Origin: Eubacteriales bacterium
Lineage (GTDB): Bacteria; Bacillota; Clostridia; Oscillospirales; CAG-272
Direction: 5' to 3'
Assembly: GCA_045643765.1 (NCBI GenBank)
Contig: JAZRFS010000153.1
Coordinates: 1-32,696 of the forward strand
Length of the DNA: 32,696 nucleotides
Shown here: positions 10,328 through 18,929 of the stretch, piece by piece
Layout of the letters: each line of letters starts with the position of its first letter
Numbering within the stretch: the stretch's first letter is position 1
Translations under genes and position numbers: made by a program
The notes under the pieces: generated by a model
What the model was told of the DNA's origin: nothing
What the model saw: only the letters and a program-made list of their open reading frames with translations
Database searches by the model: none

Positions 10328-10543
10328 ACTACTCTTCCGTCGTCCTGCTTGCCTGTGGCAAGTGGCGGACGCCACCTTCCCTCACAAGGGAAGGCTAACA
10401 ATGTCCATAGTCTTATCAATGGACGGGATGTTTGATAAAAATTCAAGGAATAGATGTTATTGCCGTCTATTGCCAAGAAGCAACGAGTTAAGCGGCCTTC
10501 CCTTGTGAGGGAAGGGGGACCGCGTTAGCGGTGGATGAGTAGT
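10328..10543. repeat. Family B inverted doublet (ACTACTC...GAGTAGT) with CCTTCCC-type hairpins
   Basis: Perfect 21-bp inverted repeat 10375-10395 / 10495-10515, each arm itself a hairpin; terminal ACTACTC 10328-10334 / GAGTAGT 10537-10543; ACCGC-GTTA-GCGGT sub-hairpin; ~100 nt AT-rich spacer. Confidence 0.85.
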
Positions 10544-10545
10544 CG

Positions 10546-10732
10546 TGGCACAATGCCATTTCCGCTATCAACGCGGCTGTACGCTATTCCTTTTTTGATT
10601 AAAGGGTTTTCTGTTCTCGCCTTACGGCGAGCACGTCGATATGCCACTACGTGACAATCGCGGGGTGGGGGTGCGGGGGAGGCCTTTTATCAAAAGGTTT
10701 CCCCCGCAAAAAGTTCCCCTACACGCCTCCCC
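10546..10732. repeat. Family A half-element with nested family C insert
   Basis: Core TGGCACAATGCCATTTCCGCTATCAACGCGGCT 10546-10578; family C insert 10611-10660; hairpin 10673-10707; orphan arm AAAAAGTTCCCCTA 10708-10721; abuts stop at 10733. Confidence 0.8.
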
Positions 10733-12694
10733 TTAATAATCCACCAACGGGACGATGGTGGTGGTATTAGAGAACAGATAGGCGTTGTAGCCAAATGCCG
10801 CCATATACTGGTCGAAGCAGGTCTGGATCTCGCACTCGCGCGGACCGATCTCGGCAAGGAACTCTTGGAACAGCTCCGCCGCCTCGGGGCCGGCACCCAG
10901 ACACTTGGGGATCAGGCACTTGGCAAGTCCGCGGCAGAAATCCATATAGTAGCGCAGCAGCTTGAACATCACGGTCTGCGCGCGGTAGGGCATCACGCGG
11001 TGTTTCTCGATGAACTCGGCATACTCCTCGGTGATCTTCGGCACCTGACGGATCTCCTCGGCAACCGCAGGGTTGTAGCGCGAGGAGAGCTTGGGGCTGG
11101 CGCGGCGCTTGCCCTCCATGTATTTGACGTCCACCGCGTCACCGAGCTTACCGAACAGCTCTGCCACGGTGCGCCAATCCTCGCCGTAGGCGTGGGAGAA
11201 ATAGTCCTCCAACAGATCCTCGAATTTGAGCGAGGTGTCAAACTGTACCTGTCCGTACAGGAAGAAGGCAAATCCGTTGGGCCAGAAGCTGCGCTGCGAG
11301 CAGTCGTTGATCAGGCCGTTCAGACCGTGCTTTTTGTAGTTGATGATGTCATCGTAGACCACGCGCGCGAACTTGAATACGCCCAGATCCATGTACTGAT
11401 GGACGTAGAAGTGATACTCGTAGAGCATCGCGCGCACGCCGCACTTTTCCTGCCATTCCTGACCGACCTTGACATACTGATCCGCGCTTTTGAACAGCTC
11501 GTTTGCATTGTGCTGATAAGCAGGGTAGGTCACGTCCGAGATGTCGGCGCTGACGGGCACGGTGTAGTTGCGCGAGATGGGAGCCACCAGCAGTGTGAAG
11601 CGCTTGGGGTTGTCCAATCTTGCCTCGATGGGCGGCCAGGAGGTGTCTACGTAGCAGATGAACACGATGCGCGTGTTCAGTCCCTTTGCCTCCAGCATCT
11701 GATCCAGCTCGTTCATCATGATGACGTACCAGTCGGAGGGGGTCTTCTTGCGGCACTCGTCACACTCGCAGTGGTTGTTGAAGTGGTCGGCAAGCCATAC
11801 GTGCAAGAAGTCCACGTTCTTGTGGTTCACGGCGTAGTCTACGATCGCGTTGTTTGCGATCTCGCGCGCCTTGGGGTTGGACATGCAGATGTTGGTGGTG
11901 TAGGTGTTGGGGTTGGTGGGGCAAAGTCCGCGGCGGCCGCCCATCATTGCGATCAGAGGCAGCATATCCTCGGGGTAGGGGCAATCGTCCGCCGAGAGCG
12001 CCTGCTCTGCCTTCACGCCGAAGGGCTCGGCGCACCAGCCGTGTCCCATATCGTGGAACTGCAAGCCGCGCTTGCTGATCTCCGCCTCGCACTGGCGCTT
12101 GTATTGCAATGCGGTGCGGTCGTCGATCGGCTCTTTTTCGCGCGTGGGATTGAATTTGTGGTTGTAGTAGGAGTTGTAGTAGCCGCGCGGATTGAAGAAT
12201 TCGACCATGAAGATGTTCAGGCCGATCTTGGGCGTGAAGTCGATGACCTCCATCATGTTGGACTGGAACTCGGCGCCCTCGTTGCACTGACCGCGGAAGC
12301 GGCAGTCCGCCATCTTGTGATACTTGACGGCTTTGATGTCCTGCATCGGGATAAACTCACCGTCGATGCCGGGGAAGAGCCAGCGGCAGCCGTTCTCCTG
12401 CAAGTAGCGGTAGACCGCGAACAGCACGGAACGGGGGTTGGAGCCCGCCAGCACGCCGTTGCCGTTTTCGTCCACGTCCACGTGCACGATGTCGTCAAGC
12501 TCGACGTCCTCGGCTTCGCTTGTGTCAAGACCGAAGTCCTGCATCAACCCAAGGCGCAAGCCCTCGGTCGCGTCCGCGTCACGGGTGATGAAGATCTCAC
12601 CGCACTCGGGCATCATCATTCTTAAATATTTTTTCAGCTCCTCGGCGGCAAAATCCACCGTGGGATTGGAGGTAATTTTCTTGATTTGATACAT
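10733..12694 (-). CDS. DUF4838-type protein, copy 5 (653 aa)
   Basis: ORF track; family motifs; most similar to copy 4. Confidence 0.82.
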   Translation of the reverse strand: MYQIKKITSNPTVDFAAEELKKYLRMMMPECGEIFITRDADATEGLRLGLMQDFGLDTSEAEDVELDDIVHVDVDENGNGVLAGSNPRSVLFAVYRYLQENGCRWLFPGIDGEFIPMQDIKAVKYHKMADCRFRGQCNEGAEFQSNMMEVIDFTPKIGLNIFMVEFFNPRGYYNSYYNHKFNPTREKEPIDDRTALQYKRQCEAEISKRGLQFHDMGHGWCAEPFGVKAEQALSADDCPYPEDMLPLIAMMGGRRGLCPTNPNTYTTNICMSNPKAREIANNAIVDYAVNHKNVDFLHVWLADHFNNHCECDECRKKTPSDWYVIMMNELDQMLEAKGLNTRIVFICYVDTSWPPIEARLDNPKRFTLLVAPISRNYTVPVSADISDVTYPAYQHNANELFKSADQYVKVGQEWQEKCGVRAMLYEYHFYVHQYMDLGVFKFARVVYDDIINYKKHGLNGLINDCSQRSFWPNGFAFFLYGQVQFDTSLKFEDLLEDYFSHAYGEDWRTVAELFGKLGDAVDVKYMEGKRRASPKLSSRYNPAVAEEIRQVPKITEEYAEFIEKHRVMPYRAQTVMFKLLRYYMDFCRGLAKCLIPKCLGAGPEAAELFQEFLAEIGPRECEIQTCFDQYMAAFGYNAYLFSNTTTIVPLVDY

Positions 12695-12704
12695 GGTGTT
12701 TTAC

Positions 12705-12858
12705 GCGGGAAAACTTTTGGGAAAGTTTTCCCGCACCCTTTCAAAACCCTTTATATAAGGGGTATTTTGGTGTGCGTTGATTTTTAGCTTGTGTTGTTTT
12801 TTATAAGTTTTGAGGGGTTGTAGGGGAATTTTCCTAAAAGTTCCCCTAACGCCTCTCC
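12705..12858. repeat. Family A palindromic doublet (no core motif)
   Basis: Hairpins 12705-12734 (13 bp) and 12821-12848 (imperfect); abuts stop at 12859. Confidence 0.88.
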
Positions 12859-14826
12859 TTAGTCGGCCTCGAAGAAGGTCTTGGCAGAGCAAAGGATACG
12901 GTTCCAGGAGGAGTATGCCATACGCTGATCGAAGTAGGTGCCGATCTCAAACTCGTGGCGGCCGAACTTGTTTTCCATGGGGCGGAACTTTTCCACGACC
13001 TCGGGGTCTGCGCCCAGTGCCTTGAGCGTCCAGATCTCGGCAAGGTCGGTGACGTACTCCATGTGGTAGCGGATCAGCTTCATGGACACGGTCTGTGCGC
13101 GGTAGGGCATCACCTTGTGAGATTCAAAGATGGGGGCGTACTTTGCCACGATGTCCTTGACGGCACGGAAGCGCTTGGCGTGCGCGGGAGAGTAGTAGCC
13201 GGCGGCGGGCTGATCGCCGCCCTTGTTGGCGTCGCGCTTGGCGCCGTCCATGATGTATGCCATATCAAACGCCTCGGTGATTTCGGTGAGGTAGGCGATC
13301 ACGTCGTCCGCGATCTCGCCAAAGGCGTGGGTGAAGTAGTCGCGCTTGATCTCCTCCAGGTCTGCCTTGGTGTCAAACAGGGTTTCCGCGTAGGTAAGGA
13401 AGTGATAGCCGGTGGGGAAGAAGCTGCGCTGCGAGCCGTCCTGAATGAGGCCGTTGAAGCCGTGCTTGTAGTAGCCCTTCACGTCGTCGTGAATGAGCTT
13501 TGCGAACTGCATCGAGCCGGGATCGCGGTACTGGTGCAGCCAGAAGTGATACTCGTATACCATCGTGGGAATGTCGGCTGCCTTCTTCCACGCCTGACCG
13601 TGCAGAATGTACTCCTCAACGGTCTTGGGGAAGGTGCCGTGCTTGTTCAGCTGGAAGGGTGTCAGCTTGATCTTGGGCAGCTCCTGCGGTACGGGGGAGG
13701 TGTAAACGCGGGTAATGGGGGCGAGGAGGAAGGAGAAGCGCTTGGTGTTCTTGATCTTTTCCTCAAGAGGTGCCCATGTGGTGTCGGTGTAGCAGATAAA
13801 CACGATGCGGGTTTCCAGCGCTCTTTCGGTGAGAAGCTCGTCGATCTCGTTCATCAGCATCACGTACCAGTCGGAGGGCGTCTTCTTACGGCACTCGGCG
13901 CACTCGCAGTGGTTGTGCGAGCCGTCGGCAAGCCAGACGTGCAGATAGTCTGCATTCTGGTGCTTGTAGGCGTACTCCGTGACGTACTTGGCAACGATGC
14001 TGCGCGCCTCGGGATTGGACATGCAGAACTGGGTGTTCGGCGCCACGCCGCCCCACAGCTCTCGCACGCCGTCAAGCTCGGCAAGGTACTGGCGCGCGTT
14101 TTCCAGATTGGGCTGCTTGCCCTCTACCCAACCGTCGGAGGAGTCAAGACCGAAGGGCTCGGCGGTCCAGCCGTGTCCCATGTCGTGGAACTGGAGGGAG
14201 CGCTTGGAAAGCTCTGCCTCGCACTGGCGCTTCCACTGCTTGGTGGTGACGGCGGTGACGGGCTCGGCAGCGCGGTTGCCGTGGTTGTGGTTGGCGTTGT
14301 AGTAGAAGTCGTAGTACGCCTTGGGGTTATCGAACTCCATCATGAACACGTTCATGCCGATCTTGGGCTGGAAGTCGATGATCTCCATCATGTTGGGCTG
14401 ATACTCGCCACCCTCGTTGCACTGACCGCGGTAGCGGCAGTCAGCCATCTTGTGGTACTTGGTGGGCTTTACGTCCTGCATCGGGATATACTCGCCGTCC
14501 ACACCGGGGAAGAACCAGCGGCAGCCGTTCTCGCGCAGATAGCGGTATACAGAAAGCAGCACGGAGCGATGGTTGGAGCCGGCGATGATGCCGTTCTCGC
14601 CATCGGTGTCCACGTGCAGAATATCATCAAGGAACAGATCCTCCGCTTCGCTTGTGTCAAGCCCGAAGTCGGACATAAGCCCTAAGCGCAGACCGTCCTT
14701 TGCGTCGGGGGCGTATTCGATGAAGATCTCGCCGCACTCGGGCATCATCATTCTCAAATACTTTTTCAGCTCCTCGGCGGCAAAGTCCACCGTGGGGTGG
14801 GAGGTGATCTTGTAAATCTTGTACAT
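12859..14826 (-). CDS. DUF4838-type protein, copy 6 (655 aa)
   Basis: ORF track; AAGGAG upstream of ATG; family motifs. Confidence 0.82.
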   Translation of the reverse strand: MYKIYKITSHPTVDFAAEELKKYLRMMMPECGEIFIEYAPDAKDGLRLGLMSDFGLDTSEAEDLFLDDILHVDTDGENGIIAGSNHRSVLLSVYRYLRENGCRWFFPGVDGEYIPMQDVKPTKYHKMADCRYRGQCNEGGEYQPNMMEIIDFQPKIGMNVFMMEFDNPKAYYDFYYNANHNHGNRAAEPVTAVTTKQWKRQCEAELSKRSLQFHDMGHGWTAEPFGLDSSDGWVEGKQPNLENARQYLAELDGVRELWGGVAPNTQFCMSNPEARSIVAKYVTEYAYKHQNADYLHVWLADGSHNHCECAECRKKTPSDWYVMLMNEIDELLTERALETRIVFICYTDTTWAPLEEKIKNTKRFSFLLAPITRVYTSPVPQELPKIKLTPFQLNKHGTFPKTVEEYILHGQAWKKAADIPTMVYEYHFWLHQYRDPGSMQFAKLIHDDVKGYYKHGFNGLIQDGSQRSFFPTGYHFLTYAETLFDTKADLEEIKRDYFTHAFGEIADDVIAYLTEITEAFDMAYIMDGAKRDANKGGDQPAAGYYSPAHAKRFRAVKDIVAKYAPIFESHKVMPYRAQTVSMKLIRYHMEYVTDLAEIWTLKALGADPEVVEKFRPMENKFGRHEFEIGTYFDQRMAYSSWNRILCSAKTFFEAD

Positions 14827-14869
14827 GACTTTGTTCTCCTTTTTCAGGGTGATATATTTTTATTTTTTA

Positions 14870-16834
14870 TTATACGTCAAAGGTCAGGTTTTCCTTGCGC
14901 TTGAAGATGCGGTGGGAGAGCGCCCAGGTGGCAAGGAAATGATCGTAGCAGGTGGCGATCTCGTGCTCGCGGCGACCGAAGTCCGCCTGGAATTTGGCAA
15001 ACAGCTCCTTTGCCTCAGCGCCTGCGCCGAATGCCTTGGGAATGAGGCACTTGACGATACTTTCGCAGTATTCCATATAGTAGCGCAACAGCTTGTACGC
15101 TACGGTCTGCGCGCGATAGGGCATCACGCGGTGCGCTTCAAGGAAGTCCTTGTATTCTGCGGCGACCTTCGGCATCTCGCGCAGCTCGTCGGCAACTGCA
15201 GGGTTGTAGTGCTTGCCGATCTCTCTGTTCGCGGAGCGCTCACCGTTGAGGTAATGCGTGTCGATGCTCTTGCCGATCTTCTCAAGCAGGGTAAGCACCT
15301 CTTTCCAGTCCGCGCCGTAGGCGTGGGAGAAGTAGTCCTCGACCAAGTCCTCAAACTTGAGGGACGTGTCAAACTGCACCTGTCCGTACACGGTAAAGGC
15401 GAAGCCGTTCGGCCAAAAAGAGCGTTGCGAGCAGTCGTTGATCAGGCCGTTGAAGCCGTGCCTGTGGTAATTCTGAATATCGTCATAGATCACACGGGCA
15501 AAATCCAGCACGCCAAGGTCAAGATACTGTGCCAGCCAGAAGTGATACTCGTAAAGCATCGCAGGCACGCGGCAGCACTCCTGCCAGTCCTTCGCGCACT
15601 TGATATAGGGCGCCACGGTGGGGAACATCGTGAGGTTGTTGCGCACGTAAGGCGTGTAGGTCGCGTCCGAAACGTCTGCAGGCACGCTTTGCGTATAGCT
15701 GCGCGAGATGGGCGCGGAGAGAAGCGAAAAGCGCTTCGGGTTTTTGACGCGCTCGACAAGCGGCGGCCACGCCGTGTCCATATAGGAGATAAACACGATA
15801 CGCGTGGCAAGCTCGCGCGCCGTAAGGGCGGCGTCCAGCTCGTTCATCAGCATCACGTAGTAGTCGGAGGGGATCATCTTTTGGCATTCCTCGCACTCGC
15901 AGTGGTTGTTCGAGGAGTCCGCCAGCCACACGTGCAGATAGTCCACGTTCTGGTGCAGGTGGGCGTAATTCACGATGTAATCGACCACAAGCTTGCGCGC
16001 ACGCGCGTTGGACATACAGAACTGCGTGTTCATCGGGCCGCGGAAGTGCACCTTGCGCTCGCCGTTCAGCATCGCAAGGAACTCGCGGCTTTCGGGCGGC
16101 ACGGGTGCCTCGCCGCCCTTGTCCTCGCCGTGCTTCCAGCGGTAGGCGGTGTCCATGCCGAAGGGCTCGGCGGTCCAGCCGTGTCCCATGTCGTGGAACT
16201 GCAAGCCGCGCTTTGAGATCTCCGCCTCGCACTGGCGCTTCCATTGTACCATCTGCTCCGCGGTGACGGGCTCTGCATCGCGCGCGGGATTGTTCATCGC
16301 GCTGTAATAGCGGTTGTAATAGACGTACGGGCAGGCAAATTCCAGCATAAAGACGTTCATGCCGATCTTGGGCGTGAAGTCGATGGCCCCCATCATGTTG
16401 GGCTGATATTCCGCGCCCTCGTTGCACTGACCGCGGTAGCGCATGTCCGCCATTTTGTGGTACTTGACCGCCACGATGTCCTGCATCGGAACGTACTCGC
16501 CGTCAATGCCGGGGAAGAGCCAGCGGCAGCCGTTTTCCTGTAAGTAGCGGTACACGGCAAACAGCACCGAGCGCGGATTGGAGCCGGCAAGCACGCCGTT
16601 GCCCGCATCGTCCACGTCCACGTGCACGATGTCGTCAAGCTCCACGTCGTCGGCTTCGCTTGTATCAAGCCCGAAGTCCTGCATCAACCCCAGGCGTAAG
16701 CCATCGGTTGCAGCGGGATCGCGGGAGATGAAGATCTCGCCCGCCTCGGGCATCATCATTCTTAAATATTTCTTCAGCTCCTCGGCGGCGAAATCCACCG
16801 TCGGGTGTGCGGTTATTTTCTTGATTGAATACAT
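14870..16834 (-). CDS. DUF4838-type protein, copy 7
   Basis: ATG 16834 (MYSIKKI) by paralog homology; family motifs. Confidence 0.8.
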   Translation of the reverse strand: MYSIKKITAHPTVDFAAEELKKYLRMMMPEAGEIFISRDPAATDGLRLGLMQDFGLDTSEADDVELDDIVHVDVDDAGNGVLAGSNPRSVLFAVYRYLQENGCRWLFPGIDGEYVPMQDIVAVKYHKMADMRYRGQCNEGAEYQPNMMGAIDFTPKIGMNVFMLEFACPYVYYNRYYSAMNNPARDAEPVTAEQMVQWKRQCEAEISKRGLQFHDMGHGWTAEPFGMDTAYRWKHGEDKGGEAPVPPESREFLAMLNGERKVHFRGPMNTQFCMSNARARKLVVDYIVNYAHLHQNVDYLHVWLADSSNNHCECEECQKMIPSDYYVMLMNELDAALTARELATRIVFISYMDTAWPPLVERVKNPKRFSLLSAPISRSYTQSVPADVSDATYTPYVRNNLTMFPTVAPYIKCAKDWQECCRVPAMLYEYHFWLAQYLDLGVLDFARVIYDDIQNYHRHGFNGLINDCSQRSFWPNGFAFTVYGQVQFDTSLKFEDLVEDYFSHAYGADWKEVLTLLEKIGKSIDTHYLNGERSANREIGKHYNPAVADELREMPKVAAEYKDFLEAHRVMPYRAQTVAYKLLRYYMEYCESIVKCLIPKAFGAGAEAKELFAKFQADFGRREHEIATCYDHFLATWALSHRIFKRKENLTFDV

Positions 16835-16846
16835 TTGGTTGGGTGT

Positions 16847-16977
16847 TGTGAGGAAACTTTTTGCAAAAAGTTTCCTCACACTCCTTCAAAAAATTTTGGG
16901 GTGATTGATGTTTTTTGGGGGTAATAAGAAATGTTTCGCTAACAATTCGGCTATTTGCAAGCTGGGGAAACGCTCTC
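16847..16977. repeat. Family A single-hairpin element
   Basis: Perfect 34-nt palindrome 16847-16880, degenerate core GCTAACAATTCGGCT 16938-16952, remnant GGGGAAACGCTCTC next to stop at 16978. Confidence 0.8.
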
Positions 16978-18297
16978 TTATTTCAGCGCGTCAAGCAGCA
17001 CACGGGTGGCTTCTACCATCTTGTCCTTGGTGCCGTATCCCAGCTGACCTGCGTAGTAGCGGCCGCCGTAAGCGGTGCTGCCGAGCGTGCTGTCGGGGGG
17101 AATGTAGCCGAAACGGCCGTTCGTCTGCTCGCTTATAAGTATCTTCTTTTCGGGCGCGACTGCCTTCATGGCAAGACCGATCTCGGTGTAAAGCTCACCG
17201 GGAACGGTAAGGATCGTCCAGTCGCCCAGGCGCATGCCGACCGTTTCCATTTCGATCGTGGTGGGGGCGGTGGGATCGTAGGAAAGAACGCTCTCCATCA
17301 CGCGGCGCTCGCCGCCATAAAGGCGCTCGCCCGCGTCCTCGCGTGCCTTGGTCTTTTGTGCCGCCTCGGTTTCCCATGCGGCCGGCACGCGCGTTTGGTA
17401 GGTGTCGGTGTGAGAGATCGCGCGCACGTCGGGAGTGCAAGCACAGGTCTTGATATTTTTATTGATGCCGACCACCGTTTCGGTCAGCAGCTTGCCCATC
17501 TCCTCGGGCATATAGGTGGTACCGGAGGCGTACTTTTCGCTCACGCCGCTTTTGTAGTTGTAGGCGTTTACGTCACCGCAAGCACCGTTGAGGAAGACCA
17601 CTACCACGTCCTGCCCGTAGATCATCTTCAGATTTTCGCGCAGGTAACCGATAAAGTCTGAGGAGAAGTGCGTGCTCTTGGTGTTATCGTTGTCGGGGTG
17701 GTTGGCGTAGTTGACAAGGAACGCGGCGGGCTCGCCGTCAGCGCCGTCCACGCGCATCACGTGCACGTCATAGTCCACCGTGCCGAGGTACCCGACGATG
17801 CGGTCCTTCGCCGCCTTGCCGGGAATGGAACGGATCGTGCCGTCGTCCAGAATGCAATCGCGGTTGAAGCTCATACGCTTCTCCTCGCCCTTGCCCGTGC
17901 CGATGGCAAAGCCGTCCTTCATGCTCTCGAACGCTTCCACGGCAACCTTGACGATGCCGTCGTCGGTGTATTTTGCCACGTACGGCTCGCCGGGCGCGCC
18001 ACTGTTGTCCTCGTAGCCCGATGCACCCGTGTGGGTGTGGGTAGCGGCGATCAGAATATTCGATACGGGCACGCCCGTTTTCTCGCTGATGCGCGCGCGC
18101 AGATCGTCTGCGCGGTCGGTGAAGATGCCAAGCGCATCCACGGAAACGAGGATGACGCTCTCCTTTTCCCCTGCAAACGCCGCGGCGTTTGCGAAAAGAG
18201 GGCAGCGCGCTTCGCCGCGCGCCCAGTAGGGCAGGCCCTCACCGGGCATAAAGCCCTCGATGGGGGTCACGTCAAATTGTGCAAATCCTGCTTTCAT
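16978..18297 (-). CDS. Neutral/alkaline ceramidase-like amidohydrolase, copy 1 (439 aa)
   Basis: Motifs ATHTHTG, SFNR, NYANHPD, FLNGACGDVN, PGELY, GYIP typical of the neutral/alkaline non-lysosomal ceramidase N-terminal-domain family; AGGAG RBS; no signal peptide. Confidence 0.75.
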   Translation of the reverse strand: MKAGFAQFDVTPIEGFMPGEGLPYWARGEARCPLFANAAAFAGEKESVILVSVDALGIFTDRADDLRARISEKTGVPVSNILIAATHTHTGASGYEDNSGAPGEPYVAKYTDDGIVKVAVEAFESMKDGFAIGTGKGEEKRMSFNRDCILDDGTIRSIPGKAAKDRIVGYLGTVDYDVHVMRVDGADGEPAAFLVNYANHPDNDNTKSTHFSSDFIGYLRENLKMIYGQDVVVVFLNGACGDVNAYNYKSGVSEKYASGTTYMPEEMGKLLTETVVGINKNIKTCACTPDVRAISHTDTYQTRVPAAWETEAAQKTKAREDAGERLYGGERRVMESVLSYDPTAPTTIEMETVGMRLGDWTILTVPGELYTEIGLAMKAVAPEKKILISEQTNGRFGYIPPDSTLGSTAYGGRYYAGQLGYGTKDKMVEATRVLLDALK

Positions 18298-18344
18298 AAT
18301 GGGTTCTCCTTTGGGTGCGATGGATTTTAATTTTCGGAGGTGGA

Positions 18345-18557
18345 ACTACCCCACCACCAACTTCGTTGGTCCCCCGCGACCGAGTGTAACGAGTGTCGAC
18401 GTGCTCGCAAAGCGAGGACAACGCCCACTCGCAAGGGGCGGACCGGTTGGTGCGAACATAGCAAGTAGTCACATAACAATTTTATGTTGAACAATGCGGC
18501 TACATTGTCCCTCCCTTGAGAGGGAGGGGGGACCACCAGCGGTGGTGGGAGGGTAGT
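18345..18557. repeat. Family B inverted doublet with nested family C insert, directly downstream of DUF559 gene
   Basis: ACTACCCCACCACC...GGTGGTGGGAGGGTAGT ends; hairpins ACCAAC-TTC-GTTGGT, CCCTCCCT-TGAG-AGGGAGGG (18509-18528), ACCACC-AGC-GGTGGT; core ACAATGCGGCT 18491-18501; insert 18377-18423. Confidence 0.85.
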
Positions 18558-18577
18558 AACAATAAACAATGCGGTTA

Positions 18578-18928
18578 TTATAAATTGTCGATCTTTTCCA
18601 AAATATCGGCAATCACGCCACGAAAATTTTTTTGAACGCTTTCGTTGGAATAGCGCAACACGGTGATGCCAAGAGATTGCAAATACAAGTCACGTTCCTC
18701 GTCTTCTTTTCTCGCTTCCGGTGCGGTATGCTGTATACCGTCTACCTCGATGACCGTTTTTGCTTTTGGGATATAAAAATCCACGATATAACGCCCAATC
18801 ACCTTTTGTCTTTTCACGCGAACGGGTAACGAGCAAAGAAAATCAAACCAAAGGTGCTTTTCTTCTTCCGTCATTTCCTTGCGCAGAGATTTCGCGTTGT
18901 GTAACAGATTTTTTCGGTAAGGGAGCAT
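18578..18928 (-). CDS. DUF559 (Vsr-like) endonuclease domain protein (116 aa)
   Basis: AKSLRKEMTEEEKHLW, RQKVIGRYIVDFY, IEVDGIQH, DEERD...GITVLRYSN are the DUF559 signature; visibly AT-richer than neighbours; ATG 1 nt after the upstream TGA. Confidence 0.9.
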   Translation of the reverse strand: MLPYRKNLLHNAKSLRKEMTEEEKHLWFDFLCSLPVRVKRQKVIGRYIVDFYIPKAKTVIEVDGIQHTAPEARKEDEERDLYLQSLGITVLRYSNESVQKNFRGVIADILEKIDNL

Positions 18929-18929
18929 T

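Noticed and set aside
1645-16834. Diversity-generating retroelement explaining paralog variation
   Set aside because: No reverse transcriptase and no template/variable repeat pair with adenine-specific differences seen.
10294-18569. Small ORFs in intergenic repeats (10294..10476, 18260..18490, 18272..18472, 18327..18569)
   Set aside because: Translations of hairpin repeat DNA without RBS or protein-like motifs.
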